Shown here piece after piece: positions 61,162-64,000 of a stretch of 64,000 nucleotides of DNA. The position numbers and the translations under genes are program-made. Position 1 is the stretch's first letter; each line of letters begins with the position of its first letter. The notes under the pieces are model-generated. The model saw nothing but the letters and a program-made list of their open reading frames with translations, did not search any database and was not told where the DNA came from. This DNA comes from Eledone cirrhosa (lineage: Eukaryota), in assembly GCA_964016885.1 (NCBI GenBank), contig OZ024742.1:117800001-117864000 (forward strand), written 5' to 3'.

Positions 61162-64000
61162 TTTCATTTATTAGCCACAAGGGCCGACATGTAGGGGACA
61201 ATACAAAGACAAGCACGGTGGGGTTTACAATAAGGTTGAGTAAAAGTGCACAATGACAAGACTAATTTAACAATGAAGATATAAAAATAAAAAATAAACT
61301 ATGCATAAATATAACAAAATAAATTCCCCGATAGGGGGTGGACGACTCGGGTACCCCAACAATCCTGAACCACCCTGCGCTTCTAGGGCACCCAGGGAGA
61401 GCACCCCTCTCCTCAAGTTAGCTAGCCTATAGGTGCATGGTCAGAGTAAAAGATAGGTGCATGGTCAGAGTAGGCCCATTCACACGAGCCATTCTCGCCA
61501 CATTCACCCACCTTTTAGCAAATGTACTGGGGGGAAGCACTTCTCTCTCCACCCTCACCTTCCTTTCCAGGTGAAACTTGAAGAAGTTGATGAGGGATTG
61601 GCCGAATAGAAAAGTGTCTGTCTTCAGTCCTTTTAACCTTGTCCACCATATAACCTCTTTCGCAACTGCCACCAGACAGAGGGAAATTTCCTGCTCTTCC
61701 TGACCTAAGGAAGGCGGTGGGTCGATCTTCACCATGGAGTCGGCCGATAGCCGGATTCGTTCCACACGCGACAGTAGCTGTTCGACATAACTCCACAAGT
61801 CAGTAATGCATGGACATTGGACAAGTGCGTGCAGAACGGTTTCGTCGTTCTGTGCGCATCTTGGGCAGGTCCGTATGACAGCACTTCCGTGCCTGCAGAG
61901 TTTATCCCGAACCGGCAGAGCCCCCCTGTAGCACTTCCAAGCGAGGGATTTCTGGAAATTGTCCATCGTCCTCCGCTCAAAAGTCCTCCGGTACAGAGTG
62001 GCCAGTTCGACTTCGTCGAGGCCCAAAGCTTCTCCGAGTGCGTCATCGCACTTGCCCACCACTAATCCTCTATAGAACTCGAGAGTGGAAGTTCCACTGA
62101 TCCCATTGCCCGCTTGGTAGAGGGCAGTGAGTGCCTGGCAACATTCCAGGTGCCGGTCACCCAGTCTCGGTCTCTTCTTAACCCAGGACTGCAGTTCAGT
62201 CAAAGAAATGGGCGGAAAGGCCCGTCTGATAAACGGTGACCACACCTGTTCACCGTTGAGGCAGAATATCTGGAGATGTCGCAGCCTCAACGCATGTCTG
62301 CGCATCATTAGCCACGGCATGCCCAGCCTTCCGCGTAGAGGGTGCTGGCAGCAGATGGACCGCCTCACCAACGGAACTTGTCCACTCCACAAGAATTTGA
62401 AGAGGAGCCGTTCCAACTTGACGAGGCGCGGACGGGGGCAAGGCACGACGGCCAGGCGGTAGTAGATGACAGACGCGATGTACGCATTCGCCACCTCCGC
62501 GCGACCTTTCAGTGATAGCTCCCTCCCAGCCCATTGGGTGAGCCTGGCTACTCTGCTCGTTACCTCGTCCCAATTCTTTTCCACCTGGAGGTCTGGTCCG
62601 AACCAAACCCCGAGCAACTTTACCGGTCCGTCCGTCCAGCGCCCTACGACGCTGTTGGACGGCATGGGCTTGCCTCTCCAGATTCCGAGCTGCAAGCCCA
62701 CCGACGTTTCCGGTTTAAGTTTGGCTCCTGTCAACCTTTCATATTCCTTCAATAAGGTGCCGACCACCTCAATTTCTGAGGTGTTCGACACCATTACGGT
62801 GATGTCGTCCGCGTAAGCCAACACCGCCCTTCCACGTCACGGTTCGAGCGGGATTCCCTGCAACAGCTCCAGCTTCCGTAGTAAAGGCTCGAGAGTCAAT
62901 ACGTATAGAAGGGTAGAGAGAGGGCACCCTTGACGGACCGATCGGGAGAGCCGAAATGGTCCCGAGAGGTGGCTATTAACCTTGACCACCAAGCGTGTGC
63001 CGTTGTGCATTGCAGAGATCCAGCTTCTGAAGACAGGGCGGAAGCCAGCTGCTTTGAGGACAAACTCCAGATACCGATGGTCGACCCTATCGAATGCTTT
63101 TGATTGATCTAAATTGATCAGAGCCCCACCGAAGCCAGGTTAACACCCTACCCTCTCTATGATGTATGGCATGAGGTGGAGATTGTCGTGTATGGACCTG
63201 GCTGGGATTGCACAAGTTTGCGCCTCCCCAACCAAATCCTCGACGACAAGCGCCAATCTCTTTGCTAACACCTTGGCCAAAATCTTAAACTCTGTGTTGA
63301 GCAGAGTTATGGGCCTGAAGTTGTCTAATGTATCCCTCTTGTTCTCGTCTTTCCTTATCAGCGTCATCACTCCCTTGCTAACAGAACTGGGAATACTCCC
63401 ATTCTGCTGCCAGTTGCAGTAGAGTGCTTCGAGGAGATCGGAGAACAAGTCTGGCATATTTACGTAAAGCTCGTAGGGCCGGCCATCCAAACCGGGTGAC
63501 TTGCGCCTCATGCAGACGACAAGGGCGTCCTGAATTTCGGCTGAAGTAATCGGCCTTTCGCAGCGCTCAGCGTCGACCGTCGAGATGCGCGGCAAGCCGT
63601 CAAGGTAGGGACTGAAATCCGCTACTCTCTCTGACTCGCCACTCTCCCCGAACAACCGATCAAAGTGCTAGCGAAAGGCCTCACACATCCGCTTGGAATC
63701 GCTTATCTTGTGTCCGTCTCGGTTCGCCAAAGACCGAATTGTGGTTTTATTACCACGCTGCGCCTCCGCCACGCGGGCCCATCGGACATCTTTGGTTCCT
63801 TCGTTTCTCAACGCACGCGCCTTAGCTCTGACAATGAAACCTTCGTGTTTCGCATTGAAGAAATGGTCTAATGCCATTCTCGCCGCTAGAACGCCAGTTG
63901 CAATCCACTACAAATAGCCTCGTCTAACTCATCTACCAGCTCCCCCTCCTTTCCATTTTTCTCTGACGCTAGTTCTTTGTTGAATTCTATCGAAGTTACT
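61162..64000 (-). mobile_element. Tx1 copy E, runs off the window end; 3' end abuts (ATT)n
   Basis: ORF2 fragments 63668-63877, 63140-63655 and 61427-62824 (AYADD; CPRCAQNDETVLHALVQC). The 3' end GCCCTTGTGGCTAATAAATGAAA is followed by TC(ATT)n. Confidence 0.92.

Noticed and set aside
61427-61471. Tandem duplication of about 25 bp at the end of Tx1 copy E ORF2 (TLTMHL twice)
   Set aside because: Most likely a local slippage event in a dead copy.

Overview
AT-rich, microsatellite-dense animal genomic DNA; the SINE motifs suggest an octopod cephalopod, though this is inferred. No host protein-coding gene can be called with confidence. Most of the window is transposable elements. (1) Three diverged Tx1/L1-clade LINEs lie head-to-tail at 7.6-23.2 kb, each junction being (TATC)n; three more Tx1 pieces occur elsewhere. 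(2) There are R4/Dong-like and CRE-like restriction-endonuclease LINEs, and RTE LINEs. (3) A 5-kb Penelope-like element with 1-kb pseudo-LTRs is accompanied by several Penelope-type or retrozyme-like repeats, carrying at least eight recognisable type I hammerhead ribozyme motifs in total. (4) DNA transposons include Chapaev3, Tigger, a hAT MITE, a foldback MITE and a Helitron end. (5) tRNA-derived SINEs and a tRNA-Glu pseudogene are also present. The most notable observations are four. In all three tandem Tx1 copies a consensus splice donor overlaps the ORF1 stop, and a 3'-acceptor-like site sits at the ORF2 stop, so ORF2 looks like an intron whose removal leaves ORF1 essentially intact. A target-site duplication indicates that this Tx1 group targets TATCTA. 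One hammerhead has an unusually long stem II of about 100 nt. The Penelope protein contains an in-frame poly-Asn domain. All structures were read by eye and no database searches were run.
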